Source: Chrysomallon squamiferum
Lineage: Eukaryota > Animalia > Mollusca
Reading direction: 5' to 3'
Length of the DNA: 64,000 nt
Assembly: GCA_012295275.1 (NCBI GenBank)
Contig: CM022666.1
Location: 11,098,001 to 11,162,000 of the forward strand
The position numbers and the translations under genes are program-made. How positions within the stretch are numbered: the first letter of the stretch is position 1; every line of letters starts with the position of its first letter. Under the pieces are notes generated by a model that searched no databases, had not been told where the DNA came from, and worked only from the letters and a program-made list of their open reading frames with translations. Below are positions 41,872 through 54,408 of this stretch, in pieces.

Positions 41872-44800
41872 GAACATTTAATTAAATCTCCATACATTTC
41901 TATAATACTGTCAGTTATTTTGTAATAACAGTATGAGACTGATGTTGTTGCCATACTAAAGAGTTAATTAGAAGCAATGGATCTTTTATCTGCAGCTTTA
42001 CTAATCCACCAAACACAATCCATGTAAATTCATTCAGTGACATGGAGGTAAATTTATTTTATTCAGAGGTAACTACAAAGTTTATTTCTCAAGAATGGAA
42101 CTTTATTCAAATAAACTTCACACACACATAAAGAAATCAGATTCATGGCAAAAACATTCTTTCAGCTATAAAACATATTAACTCCAAGATATATGTGCAA
42201 ACATACAATAATAAATCAAATTTTTATTTTACTTCAAAGACAGTGAAACCTTACCCTCAAACAAATAACTGTCTAATTTAAATTCCTACATGTCTGGTTG
42301 GGAACAAATGAATAAATGAATGTTTAAAAATCACCTCAGAAAAAAATTACATCTACCATTAGGTATCGTACACAGGTAATAATACATATGTCAATACATT
42401 TTAAAATTAAGACACTGTGAATATATATGGCAATGCAAAAACAACTATACATTCTGGAAGAAAAATGTATAATTAGATTCAATAACTGAATTTTTATTTC
42501 TAAATTTCAAAAACAAAATAGATAAATATCAATAACAAGGAAAACAAAAGGAAGAAAAAAAGAAAATCTGAAATAACCTACACACATGACTGCAAGATTG
42601 TTTAATACAAGAATTGTGGAGAAACAGTATTTTCTGAAATGCAAATAAAAACAGTTTAATCAAGATGTAGGTATATTTTTTGGGCAGATTAAAAAAATGG
42701 TCAGGGGATTCAATGACCCCCTCAATATTCCCTTCATCTGAATATTATATACAATATAAACTAGTATCAGTTATAGTTCTCGCATTATACTGCAACAATG
42801 CCCAACAAAATCTTTTGTTTTTGATATCCATATATATTATCACAATCACTCACATTCCCAAAAATAGACAGTGCTAATTTACAATTTTCACCTGTTTACA
42901 GGAAGAAGCAGAAACCAAAATATGTAATATCTGTCAGTTACTTGAATAAATGTTATTTTTGTTTAAGCTTTAACTTTAAATTCACCGAGTTTAATTCCCT
43001 TTAAAAAAAAAAAAATGAATAATAATAACTACAAGTTATAAATAAAACAAATGGCCTTACCAAGTATGTTCCAATTATTATTGATACATTTCATAAAATT
43101 ATGGTCATAAAAAAATGTGGAATGTTTATTTATTACTTTCATCTACAAACACACATCTGTACTTACATTTGCATAAATCAATAGCATTCTACTAATGAGG
43201 GAAAACAATGTTTGCCTTTTGAATATATATCCAGAGGTAATTACAACTTTCAGATATATCATGGCAACAGTAAGCTTAAATTTTATAAAAAAGATAAGAC
43301 AACAGCAGTTTTTAAGAAAACTGCAGATACTGTACAGTAATTTAACTCATTATAATGTTGATCATACAAATTTTTTATTTTGTGCAAATTAAAATACTGA
43401 ATTACATCACTGGATGCCTTTAATAACATATGTTCAACATGCTTAATCAGTGATACGTGTAATTAATAAATACATATATTGTGAATACTGTCAATAATAA
43501 ATGTTCAAGTTTGCTTAGTCAATAATATGTAGTTAATAGACATATTAGTACATATTCACTGTCGTCCATCAGTAAAACATGTCAGAGTAGCCCATCAATT
43601 AATAAAACATTTGATTTTATTATCTGGCTATGTAAGACATTTTTTTTATCAGTTTATATGGCAGCACACATTTTCAAAAGTGAAAAAAGAATGACCAAAC
43701 TGTTTACACTGCAGTTTTAGAATTTGAAATGGCATTGGGTCTAACACACTGCTCACAATTCCTGAGATTATAGTACAGTTTAAATTTTCTTCTTTTATTT
43801 ATTTATTTATTTTATTATTATTACTGGGTTTTCCTCCCTAATGTAAACAAACATTCAACTCAGAATTTACTGGAAAACACACAGAACATTTAATAAATAT
43901 AATTTAAATTTACTGAATTGTGTTTATATGATAAAATACTTGTTTACACCACCTCAGCTAAAATGTACTCAAAACCTGCTTGGACAATGCAGTTCATTTA
44001 CTGAGCAACTGCTAAAATCACTGAGTAAATAAATCATAACACAACAGTAACAGTCTACATAAATGACTGGTGAATCGGAATGTGTATGCCAGAACTACCA
44101 GTACTCATCTGTTTAATATTTAGAATATAAATCTGTTGCCTTGGTAATGTTACTTGTAGTTTAATTAATATGGCTCTAATTACAAAAACAGAATCATACA
44201 GACTCATCAACAGAAAATATATATATTTAAATTCATGAATGCATGATATATCTAGCTATATGTAAATAATGACAAATGCATTAACATCATTAACAAAATT
44301 ATAAAGGCTTGCCTTTAATCAACATACAGTTTGCAAGTATTTTTGTGTTATCATTTTTTAGATGTTGGTTTGTATATGTTCAGTTCATAAATGTAAGCAA
44401 TAAATGACTAATTTAACTAAAAAAACACCTTAAAAATCACAGGTAAATAGAGTAATTTTTATTTATGTTGAACATTAAATAAATATATCATATTTGAAAC
44501 TCTCTTCAGGGAAGCTGAACAATTTGTTTCTTCTTACTTACTATGAAAAGATTGGAAAACTGTTAATGAGGGGTATTTACAGGAAGATCAAATTAAAAAA
44601 ATGCGAAACACCTCCCACAGTAATCTATCAATGTAAACAGACTGATTAAAAACAATAGGTAAAACAGAAACACAGCTCTAGTATGTTAGAAATTTAAGAT
44701 TCATATAAAGTAGACTATTCTTAATGTAGCATAAATTGTTAAATACATGCTCAAACTGCACATATATTAATAAAGGATATTGTAAAAAATGTATAAAATA

Positions 44801-45897
44801 AAATATAGACATAGAAATTTTAATCTGAGGTAAGTCTATTTTTAGTACAGTATTGTGCCAGATAGTTTAAAATTCTATTGTATTGAGTAATCCATGTTAT
44901 CATGGCATCACCTGCATTTCAACAGCCACACACACGCACACACACAGAATTAGAGACAATTACCTAAGTTTTCCTCAGTTTTTATTTCCGTTTCATCATC
45001 TGTGATATGAAATGCATCATGAGATTGTTATTTAATAACAATAATGATTAGATATAGTTTTAGTAAAAAAATGATATAAAGTAATTATTCATAAGCTTAT
45101 GTAAATAGCCCATGATTGTATTAAAGGGTGATTATTATTATTATTCCAACACACACACATGAACAAGTTATATAAGTATGTGCCTTCTGTCTAAATATAT
45201 AAATATCTAAAAAAAGATAAACACACAAAAAATCTTCACTAAACCTGTTTCAAGTGTTCTAAAATTTTGTATGAAAGAAATGATTAATATGGAAAGGAAG
45301 TAATACAACTCATGATCTATAGCTGATGGGTCAAACAAACAGAATGCAATTCCATTTTTCTGATTTTACTTCAGGTGGCTAAAGAACTGTGTGTATCTCT
45401 AACAACGACACATACTTCTTTATATAATATCTTGAGTAAAATTAGTTTATTTGTTAAAGATGACACGTGATTATATCATCTAACATAACATAAATGGGCA
45501 TAAACTCTCATTTACAAACTGATATATGCTAACAGTCTGTATAACAACTGCAACAGTAATATTTATGAATACCATCATTTTATTGATAAATATTAAGCAT
45601 ATCTGTAATATTTGACATTGTATCATTTATTCAGTTCAAATTTTAAAGACTTGATCTTATGCAAAGTAAGATGATGTGATGAAAAAATATATATAAAAGC
45701 AAATATGTAAATAACTGCTAAAGAAAAAACCAGAATACATAACAGATAAAATGATAAAAGGTTTGGTACTTTATGAACTTTGTTTTTAGAAGTTGCAAAC
45801 CAGTGGATAATGGTTCATCCAAGATGATTGTTACATCCAACATTATTAAAGATGACAGCATTATGTAAAAACATGACATAAATAAATAAAGACTGAC

Positions 45898-47285
45898 CTT
45901 TCATACTGCAGTACTTCTTTGGTTGGACTTGACATTCCACCAACAGCAGCAGCTAGCGGTCCAACGGAATCCTGAAGAGCTTTGGTCAGCTGTATGGATT
46001 CTGGCCGTCCACCAGCCTGGATGGGATTAGCAACATTAGTACCTGGAATAGTGCAATGTTCTCTACAGACCTGTGACTGATTGACATCAGTCGCATATTT
46101 GTCTGTATTACCTTCCACTGGAATACCACCCACCTGTTGTATAGGTGCAGAATGATCAGGAGTCTTTTGAATGTTTTGAGGTCGATGCTGACTTTGGCTC
46201 TGATCAACCAAAGGATTTTGCATAACAGTAGGGGTGCCTGCATGTACCTGAGGCACCGTCATCCCAGGCACTGGGACCGTGGAAGTAGGAACTGTTGGAT
46301 TGGCATTAGCAGTTGAATGTACATGTATCCTAGCTCCAGTCAGAGAATTTGGAACTGGTACCGTTTGGGGCAAACTCGGAGTTGTGATTGTATGAGGTGC
46401 TGACACACCTGGTACTTGCACCGATGTCTTCTGGGTTGGGGGGTTGATGATTGGTATGCCCGAAGGAGGCAGATTTACAGGTTGACATGGGGGCTGTAAC
46501 GGAACATGGCAGTCTGCGGCAGGTTGTCGCTGTGATACTGGTGGAACTGCCATTGGAATTGGCTGACTAGGTATGGGTATTGCTGGGTGGATTGGTATAA
46601 ACGACTCACCCGGTTTAGCATTAAACACAGGTGTGCTAACAGCAGCACCATCCCCTACCACCGGAATATGAATGCTTTGGCCTACAGTGCCCACAGCACC
46701 AGCTGTCAATGGGTTTTTAGACGGATCATCAACACCATGGACATAATGAATGGAACTAGAAGCACTTGAATTATTTGAATGTACATGCACTTCCTCTGAA
46801 GCTTTTGACTCAATTTTCTCCGGAGCTGTGTTAAGGTAATCGTGACATAACCATCTTCCTCTTCTAAATGGTTCTTTAGTCTCGATTTTAACAACACGGA
46901 ATCGTGATTGAGCATCAGGTTTCGACACTTCCTCTGGCGTCAAAACACCTGGAGTTAAAACACTGTCTGGGTCATTATCTGTAGCTTTAGAACAATCTAA
47001 TACTTCTGAACTTAAATCTTCTGTATGACTTTCATCCAAGTCGTCCATACTATCGCCATCAACGTCAGCAGTCATGTCCCCACTCCCTCCCCTCTGCGTG
47101 TTCTTTGTAACACTTGTTATTTTAAACGTACTTTTTTTCTTTGGCACATTGTCCGAATTAGCCCGCTGACCACTTTGTCCAGGCTTGAGATCATCAATAC
47201 GTACATCCGTGTCCTTTACTGACTGTGTTTGAGACTGATTATTTAATGTAACAGCCATTTTATCTTCGCCAATCTGCTCAGCCAT
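45898..47285 (-). CDS. TSC22D: TSC22 domain family / bunched long-isoform first coding exon (462 codons + 2 nt)
   Basis: aaaATGg at 47285 (the ORF-track start at 47324 is GTG). Motif 1 KKKSTFKITSV (47141-47109), motif 2 SRFRVVKIETKEPFRRGRWLCHDY (about 46907-46836), Pro/Gln/Thr-rich remainder. GAA AG|GTCAGT donor, where AG+T gives Ser in frame with the 3128 exon. Confidence 0.95.
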
Positions 47286-47380
47286 TTTCAGGCTACAGCA
47301 GTGATAATGGCAGACATTACACACTTTGCATGCCGGGACGGAAACTACGTCATAACCTACTCGGAACGACCTACGTCTGG

Positions 47381-47393
47381 TAACCTTTGACCT
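47381..47393 (-). promoter_or_regulatory. DR1-type nuclear receptor element AGGTCA-A-AGGTTA near the long-isoform start
   Basis: Plus strand reads TAACCT t TGACCT, about 100 nt upstream of ATG 47285. Confidence 0.35.
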
Positions 47394-48133
47394 CCAGAAT
47401 AGAGCAAAGTCGTATTGACCGATATTGTCTGACTCATTTCACACACTGAAAGAAAACCAACAGTTTAAGAATTACAAAAATATGATTGTCTGTTTGTACT
47501 GTAAAATCATTTTATTTTTAAACACTTAAAAAACATAAACGGACAAACGGAAAAGAAACTGCGTTAGAACAAGACACTTAAGACTAAGAGTACAGCAGAA
47601 AATAAACATATTTAATCCTTTAGCAAGGTCAATATGACGGAAAATACCAATAGATCAATGGTTAATGAACGTGCCCTTTGGTGTGTGTGTATTTCAAAGG
47701 TTACCAGGTTCGAAAACCGTGAAGAGGATGCGTGTATTTTAATTTTTAAAAATTTTAAATCTTGTTTATGTGCACTCTTTAAACGAGTGACATTTTTCAC
47801 CAATGGAAAAGTCTGAAGGTGTCTTTAACAACCTTCTCTCCTCTTTCCCTGGAGAGCTATTTCCAGTATTATCACGTGAAGGCTAGGTGAGAATCAGACG
47901 AAACCAGCCAACATTAATGTTCTTATTTTTATCTTTCATAATTAACCTATAACAATAAACAAACGCGATAATAATTTTAACAAATTAGAATATGATCAAA
48001 TTAATTAATTTCTTTCTTTCTTTTATTTTTATTTTTAAAATAATAAATTAGATCACTAATCATTTCATTATTAACTTTTACGTTATTCTTTTTAAGATCT
48101 GCTAAATAGCCAATTTTAGTGTTTTATTTAGCT

Positions 48134-48134
<1 letters not shown>

Positions 48135-48181
<47 letters not shown>

Positions 48182-48282
48182 TGTTTGTTTGTTTTCAAAA
48201 TGAATCAACCACTACCGTACAGTTAATATAATATCAATTATAAATTTATATATTAATAAATTAATTTGTCAGGTTTCCTTCA

Positions 48283-48344
<62 letters not shown>

Positions 48345-48748
48345 ATTTATTTATTTTTGATTTAGTTGTTATTTAACAGCATTTTATTATATTTATTAAT
48401 AAACAGAAAATACTGATATTCTTAAGTGGATTAATCGAGACAAGGACATGTGTACCCAACACATCATCTACGTCACAGTTACACTAGCTAGTATGGTTTT
48501 AATATGTGACAGGGCGGTCCTTCACACCTTTTGTTTTCTTTGTAAAAAACGACGGTCACAAGGGCCAAACTTTAAATAATAAAGGACTGGATGAATAAAT
48601 GAGTGTTTGTAACGACGCCTCCAAATTTTTAATATTGATAGGTTTTAGATGTATTTCACACGTTTAATTCTTAATTATACTGCTACGTTTAGTAGAAAGT
48701 TATCTTTTATATGCAGAAAACTAATTCTTTTATAATCCTGTGCTGACT

Positions 48749-48837
<89 letters not shown>
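48135..48837. repeat. Microsatellite cluster: (TA)n at about 48135-48180, (CT)n at 48287-48341 and 48751-48837
   Basis: Directly visible perfect dinucleotide runs. Confidence 0.95.
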
Positions 48838-48839
<2 letters not shown>

Positions 48840-48845
48840 TCACAG

Positions 48846-48990
48846 ATTCGGCCCTGAAATGCTATCTCTGCGTGTGTTTGAAACTTGCTGAGATAATCCT
48901 AGAGGAATTGTATATTTTGTTGTTTTCAGTTTTCTGTTTAATATTAACGCTTGAATTCCGGTGGTTTATGTTTTTTAACCCGAAATAAAG
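48846..48990 (+). other. Probable upstream (5' UTR) exon of the TRIM-like gene
   Basis: (CT)n tract + CACAG acceptor, CpG-containing body, perfect AAG|GTAAGT donor at 48991. The matching acceptor TTTTTTAG is at 51026. Confidence 0.55.
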
Positions 48991-50325
48991 GTAAGTACAA
49001 CTTATTTACTAATACTAGTGCTGTTGTACTGCTCCTATTATTACTGCTACTACTATATTTACTACTGCTACTATATTTACTACTGCTACAGCTACCACTA
49101 AAACTGCTGCTGCAACAAAAGTTACTACTACTACAAACAACTATTTTTTTCTATTATAATTTTCAAATATTATAGTTTTTTTACATTTTTCAATTTATTT
49201 ATTTTCTAAATATTATAACTGTACTACAAGAATAATTACAATACATATATCATCTAAATATAAGAAAATGGATATACGAAGGCTATTAGAAGAGAAAAAA
49301 AAAATAAAATAAAAATAAAATACAAATTCCTTAAAAAAAAAAAAATTATAATAATAATCTTGGAATAGATAGATAACAAGAGAAACAAATATTTTCATTG
49401 CTATCGTTATCATCATCATCATAATTATTTAGTAATCAATATTTAATTTACTTGAAGTGAAGTTTTATGAAAATAAAGAAGATGTAATAGAAAGGGCGCG
49501 CTGTGTATTAGGAATTCACATGAGAACTAATAAGTTTTGGCGCTCTGTTGAATAGCCTGTAGGTGCGCGTACATGAGCGAACACAGAGTAACAAACAAAA
49601 CAAGGCACAAATAAGTTATTAGGAGGTTACAATGTAACCCAAGCACATGAACATACGCGAAGTCACGCATCCGATATCTAAAAATATGCCAAGAAACTCA
49701 CATACACGAAGTGTACAAATACATTTACTTTTTGCTTTTTGCTGTGTTATGAATTTAAAGATTCATGTGTTTTTCTATGCATGTGCATACGTGCGTACGT
49801 GTTTGCATCTTTTTTTTTTATACGACTCGGGGAGCTAGGAAACAACTGCCCTCCCAAATTCGGGCAGAACTATGGAGAAAATTGGTACTTGTGTTTTTTT
49901 CTTTGTAAAATTTTGGGTATATCCGTCTTTCTGCCTCCTCTCTTTACCAAACGGCTGCCATAGCACCATGTACGTGTGTGCATCATTATTATTATTATTA
50001 TTTATTTATTTTAATGTTTTTGCCTGTACGTTGTTTGTTTGTCGTTTGAATTAAATTTTAAAATAAAAATATCCGCCTTTTTTATCTAAGATCTTTGTAT
50101 ACGAGTCTCTCAGGTAATGCTTCATTCCTCCGTCCGTTAATCGGTTGTTGTTCTGTAAGACGGTCAGACCGATACCGTAATCTGTGTGAAACTTAAAACG
50201 TGAATATAGCAGGTATTGTAAAATAATAAATCTGAGTAGAAACTGAATTCTGACCGATCGCTCTGTAAGAGTATTAATGTATAACATACAGATCACGTAT
50301 GTCTGAAAACATGCATTCTTTCAAC

Positions 50326-50328
<3 letters not shown>

Positions 50329-50403
<75 letters not shown>
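50329..50403. repeat. (GA)n microsatellite
   Basis: Perfect dinucleotide run. Confidence 0.95.
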
Positions 50404-51035
50404 ATGCCCTGTAATAAATACATAAACCCTAGTTCTATCGTCCTGATTTTCTTAATTATATGTAAAATATATATTTTGAATTTTCCATCTTGCAGAATTA
50501 AGTGAAACTATTTTATTTTAAAATATAAAAGAAATATTATTATTATCATCATCATCATCATCATAATCATTTTATTATTTTATTTATTTATTAATTATTT
50601 ATATTATTTATTATTATAATATATTTGCGGTACAGATGAAGCATTAAAAAATACAAGAAAAATAAAAGAAAGGAAAAAACGTGAAGTATGTTTGGAATGT
50701 TCTGTTTCCGCATGTTTGTATTTGTTACTTGAGGAAACAAACACATGTTAAAAATGTTGAAAAAAGAAAGAAATTAATATCTGGCCGCGTTATAGTAATG
50801 TGTGGGTGTGGCTATATGTAAATTCTAGTAATAGTAATAGTGGTAATAGTAGTAAAAAGTAGTTGTCACTAATAACGTGTAGTATTATAACAATAGTTCT
50901 GGTAGAAATAATTATATATGGTATTTTAAAAAAAATTATTTGTTAAAAGCAACAATATGATTTTCTTTTAATTCCTTATTTAAGGTATTTAAGTGCACTG
51001 ATTGTTAATTAGTTATTATTTTTTAGGTAGTTGTC

Positions 51036-52040
51036 ATGGGTGATGCAAAGACACTTAATGGTATGCTATGCGCCAAAATGGACCCTTGTTCTGACGTCTT
51101 CTGTGAACGATGTCTTGTCAGGCCTGCGCAGAAACTGACGAAACCAAAAAATATCAACTGCCAGTCATGCAAGAAACCCATACCACCCCCTAAACCGGCG
51201 CACCTTTCATACAAAGGTTCGGATTTTCAAACCGCGTTGGTGTTAAAGAGTCTAATAGACAAACTCAAAATATACGAAGAACACGAAAAGAAAGGAACAC
51301 TTGTGGTCTGTCAACGAGTTCTTGAAGATCAGCTGTCTTCAGAGGTAACTGATGATACAGAGAAAAACAAAGACGACATTGACAACACTGACATGAAGGC
51401 AATGTGTCAACGACATCCAGATATGGAGGTTGACTGCTTCTGCTCAGATTGCAGTGTCCTCATTTGCAGCCATTGCATCGTTGACGGCCATGAACAATGT
51501 TCTAGCCGTCTGACGATCTTGGAAGCAATTGCTTTTCAGAAACAGAACATTTCTGAAGCAGGGAAGGAAAAACGGCGCGAGATGAGTCAATTCGGTCTCA
51601 AAACGCAATTTTCCGTGGGCCTGATTGAAAACGAAATTGAAAATTTTACACGACAGGCTGAGAAAGCGAAGACTGAAATTCGTCTCCAGGCACAGAGGCT
51701 GATACGACAGATCCACGAGGAAGAAGAGAAGTTTCTGAACCAGGTAGACAAGTGTTACAATGAAGACATATTTAAACTAAAGTCGTTAAAAGAAATCTTT
51801 GACAACTTTCGTCAGTGTGGCGAGGCCTTCATGCCGGTCATTCAGAACCAGAAAGACGTTACGATGGAATATTTGATTAAAGTTGACCTATTTACGAGAA
51901 CCATGTCAAAGTACAATAACGTCAGCGAGCCTCAAGTACCATCCCTGGAGTTCCGGCCGAGCAGACGACAGCAAATCAATCTTGGTGTGATAACCATTTT
52001 CCACGACGATTTTGAAGAAATCAACGAAGTTCTGGATTAA
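51036..52040 (+). CDS. TRIM-like protein (334 aa): incomplete RING, B-box type 2, coiled coil, no recognisable C-terminal domain
   Basis: PCSDVFCERCL...INCQSCKK (C-terminal part of a RING) followed by FQTALVLKSLIDKL. B-box CQRH-x7-CFCSDCSVLICSHCIVDGHEQC. Helical E/K/Q-rich region. Splice acceptor 9 nt before the ATG, AATAAA at 52280. Confidence 0.9.
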   Translation: MGDAKTLNGMLCAKMDPCSDVFCERCLVRPAQKLTKPKNINCQSCKKPIPPPKPAHLSYKGSDFQTALVLKSLIDKLKIYEEHEKKGTLVVCQRVLEDQLSSEVTDDTEKNKDDIDNTDMKAMCQRHPDMEVDCFCSDCSVLICSHCIVDGHEQCSSRLTILEAIAFQKQNISEAGKEKRREMSQFGLKTQFSVGLIENEIENFTRQAEKAKTEIRLQAQRLIRQIHEEEEKFLNQVDKCYNEDIFKLKSLKEIFDNFRQCGEAFMPVIQNQKDVTMEYLIKVDLFTRTMSKYNNVSEPQVPSLEFRPSRRQQINLGVITIFHDDFEEINEVLD

Positions 52041-52279
52041 ACTGATGGTATCTGAGATATATCTCGATAACGACGTTGATGATTCAGGGTAGAAAGCAAA
52101 CCTTCATCGAAATTCAAAATTAATATAAAACAAGAGTTTTCCTAATGGTAGTTTGGATGTAATGAACAGTGTAAGGTGTCTGATAATCTATTACCTAGAA
52201 GATTAACTCTTATTAATTTAAAAAAAAAAAAAAAATGTTTGTGATAGATTACTGTATTATTTTATTTTAATAATCATTT

Positions 52280-52285
52280 AATAAA
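52280..52285 (+). promoter_or_regulatory. Polyadenylation signal AATAAA of the TRIM-like gene
   Basis: AATAAA 240 nt after the stop codon, followed by a T-rich tract. Confidence 0.5.
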
Positions 52286-52560
52286 GTTGTTTAATTATAT
52301 ATTTTTCTCATGCTTTTCACAATTCTATTTTATTGTTCCATCTCTTATTTATTTTAATTTTCTTTCATTCCTTTTCTCTCTTGTCCTTCACACAAAAGCT
52401 CACTAAAAGATGCAAAATCCCAATCTCCAGAATGTCAACTGCAGAAAACTAATTATCATTATGCACTGAGGCAGATACACAATTTGTTATTGAGAAGGAT
52501 GGGGAAGGGAATTATGACAGAGGAAGGCAAAAAGAACAAATGTAAAGGAAGAGAACAATC

Positions 52561-52592
<32 letters not shown>

Positions 52593-52968
52593 AATAATAA
52601 TAATAAATACCAGTAAATAATGCAAAAGGTACTGACTCAGTTTATGCAAATGATTAATGCTCATCAAATGATTTTTTTAAACTATGCATCCTGATATAAC
52701 AAAATTAATATATAACAATGAACCCCCCCCAAAAAAAGAGCAAAATAAACAAACAACAAAAATACTAATAAAGAAAAACCCCAACAAATCAAAGTGATTT
52801 TCAAAAATAAAATTGCACTTTATTGTATAACATTCAAACATGAAGACAGACACGTTTTTGTATATAAGATGAAATGTGACCAATTTTCATGAAGGTTACA
52901 AAAATTGAGTGATACTGTTGTAAAACACTTAATATCTACTATTTTTTTCTATTTTTACCAATACATAT

Positions 52969-53013
<45 letters not shown>

Positions 53014-54051
53014 CAGTGCTTTTGTGACACCCAGTCTAGATAATGAAATATTTTAAAGAATATAAAAAATGTTCTCCAAAATAATAATAAAAAATTAAAG
53101 AAACATAATAAAACATTTAGTTCCCTTCATGAAAAAAGATTACAAATGATGTTCACCACAAAATATTATCACAGATAAATGCATTAAATGTATAAATCAA
53201 CAGAAAAGTGTATTTCGTTAATCAGTTCCCCCATTTTTCAAATCCTGTCAGCACATATATTAATATAATTTCATTTTGTGATATGAACATAATAATCCTT
53301 ATTACATACAGTTTAGCCCTCAACTGCTGAACTGTTATGTTACACAAGTAAAATAGAAAAAATCTCAGAAACTTAAATTTAGTTTTAATTTTTATAATTA
53401 TTTATTTTTTATTTATCCTTGTGTTAATATTTAAAGTACATTTATTAAAAACCTCATTATTTATTTTTCTTTCTTCTTTAAATATTTGTATTCATTATTA
53501 TTATTATTTAGTATTATTAAATATAAATCAGTTGTCTATTTTTGTGAAATCTGCCAGTCTTTACATTATCTTGAAAAGCCACTAACTTTAAATCTATTAA
53601 AGTATAATACCATATACACTATATTCTCTTTAACCAACCATCTAATACATAAACAGTTTTAAACCTGACAAACCTACTACATTAAATGTTTGTCTATCAC
53701 AGATAACTTGAAGTTTTCAGAGTTTATTTATATATTTATTTATTTATTTACTTCATTAGTCATTTAAATTTTGAAACCTGGAGTAGTTTTTTGAATTTCT
53801 CTTCATTAGTTAGCAAATAAGTAATTTGCAAAATATTTAAAATATTTTCAACTCTTAGACTCTAACTTCTTTTTAAAAGTTCTCTTCACTCTTATTTTAG
53901 CTATACAACTTTTGCAATTACTTTTCTAAAAAGGTAGCTTCTTTTTGTTTTTATATCCCAGGAGATTTCAATTTCTGATCACTGTATTATTCAATTTTAC
54001 TGATTAAAGAATTAAATATATATAAAAATGTTTTCAAAATTTCACTTTTTG

Positions 54052-54206
54052 TTATCTGTGGTGATATTTCTCAATTGAAGTGTCCATGTTTATTTTCATC
54101 TCCTCAATTCGTGAGTCAATCAGTTTCTCAAACTCTTTCATTCTTTCTTCTTCTCCACTGAGAAATTTCTCAGCTGCAGCTTCTGCAGAGTTGTCAAACT
54201 GAAAAA

Positions 54207-54238
<32 letters not shown>

Positions 54239-54349
54239 ACAAAAACAAATAATCAAACAAATAAATAAGTAAGTAAATAAACTGATAAATAAATAAATAA
54301 ATAAATTTATAAATAAATAAATAAATTTATAAATAAATAAATAAATTTA

Positions 54350-54408
<59 letters not shown>

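Noticed and set aside
47286-47324. N-terminal MCNVCHYHCCSLK extension of the long isoform
   Set aside because: It starts at GTG. The first in-frame ATG, with good context, is at 47285.
49820-49975. GC-richer patch (ggggagctagg...ccctcccaaattcgggca) as a TRIM coding exon
   Set aside because: No CxxC or convincing splice pair. It looks like a repeat remnant, but I could not define its ends.
48740-50505. ORFs with SLSL, LLLL or ERER runs
   Set aside because: They are translations of microsatellites and low-complexity DNA.
51023-51716. Antisense ORFs inside the TRIM coding region (and those inside the TSC22 long exon)
   Set aside because: Shadow ORFs of GC-richer coding sequence with no independent features.
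52220-52235. Poly(A) run as evidence that the TRIM gene is a retrocopy
   Set aside because: A-runs are ubiquitous here, there is no adjacent upstream AATAAA or TSD, and the gene has a 5' intron.
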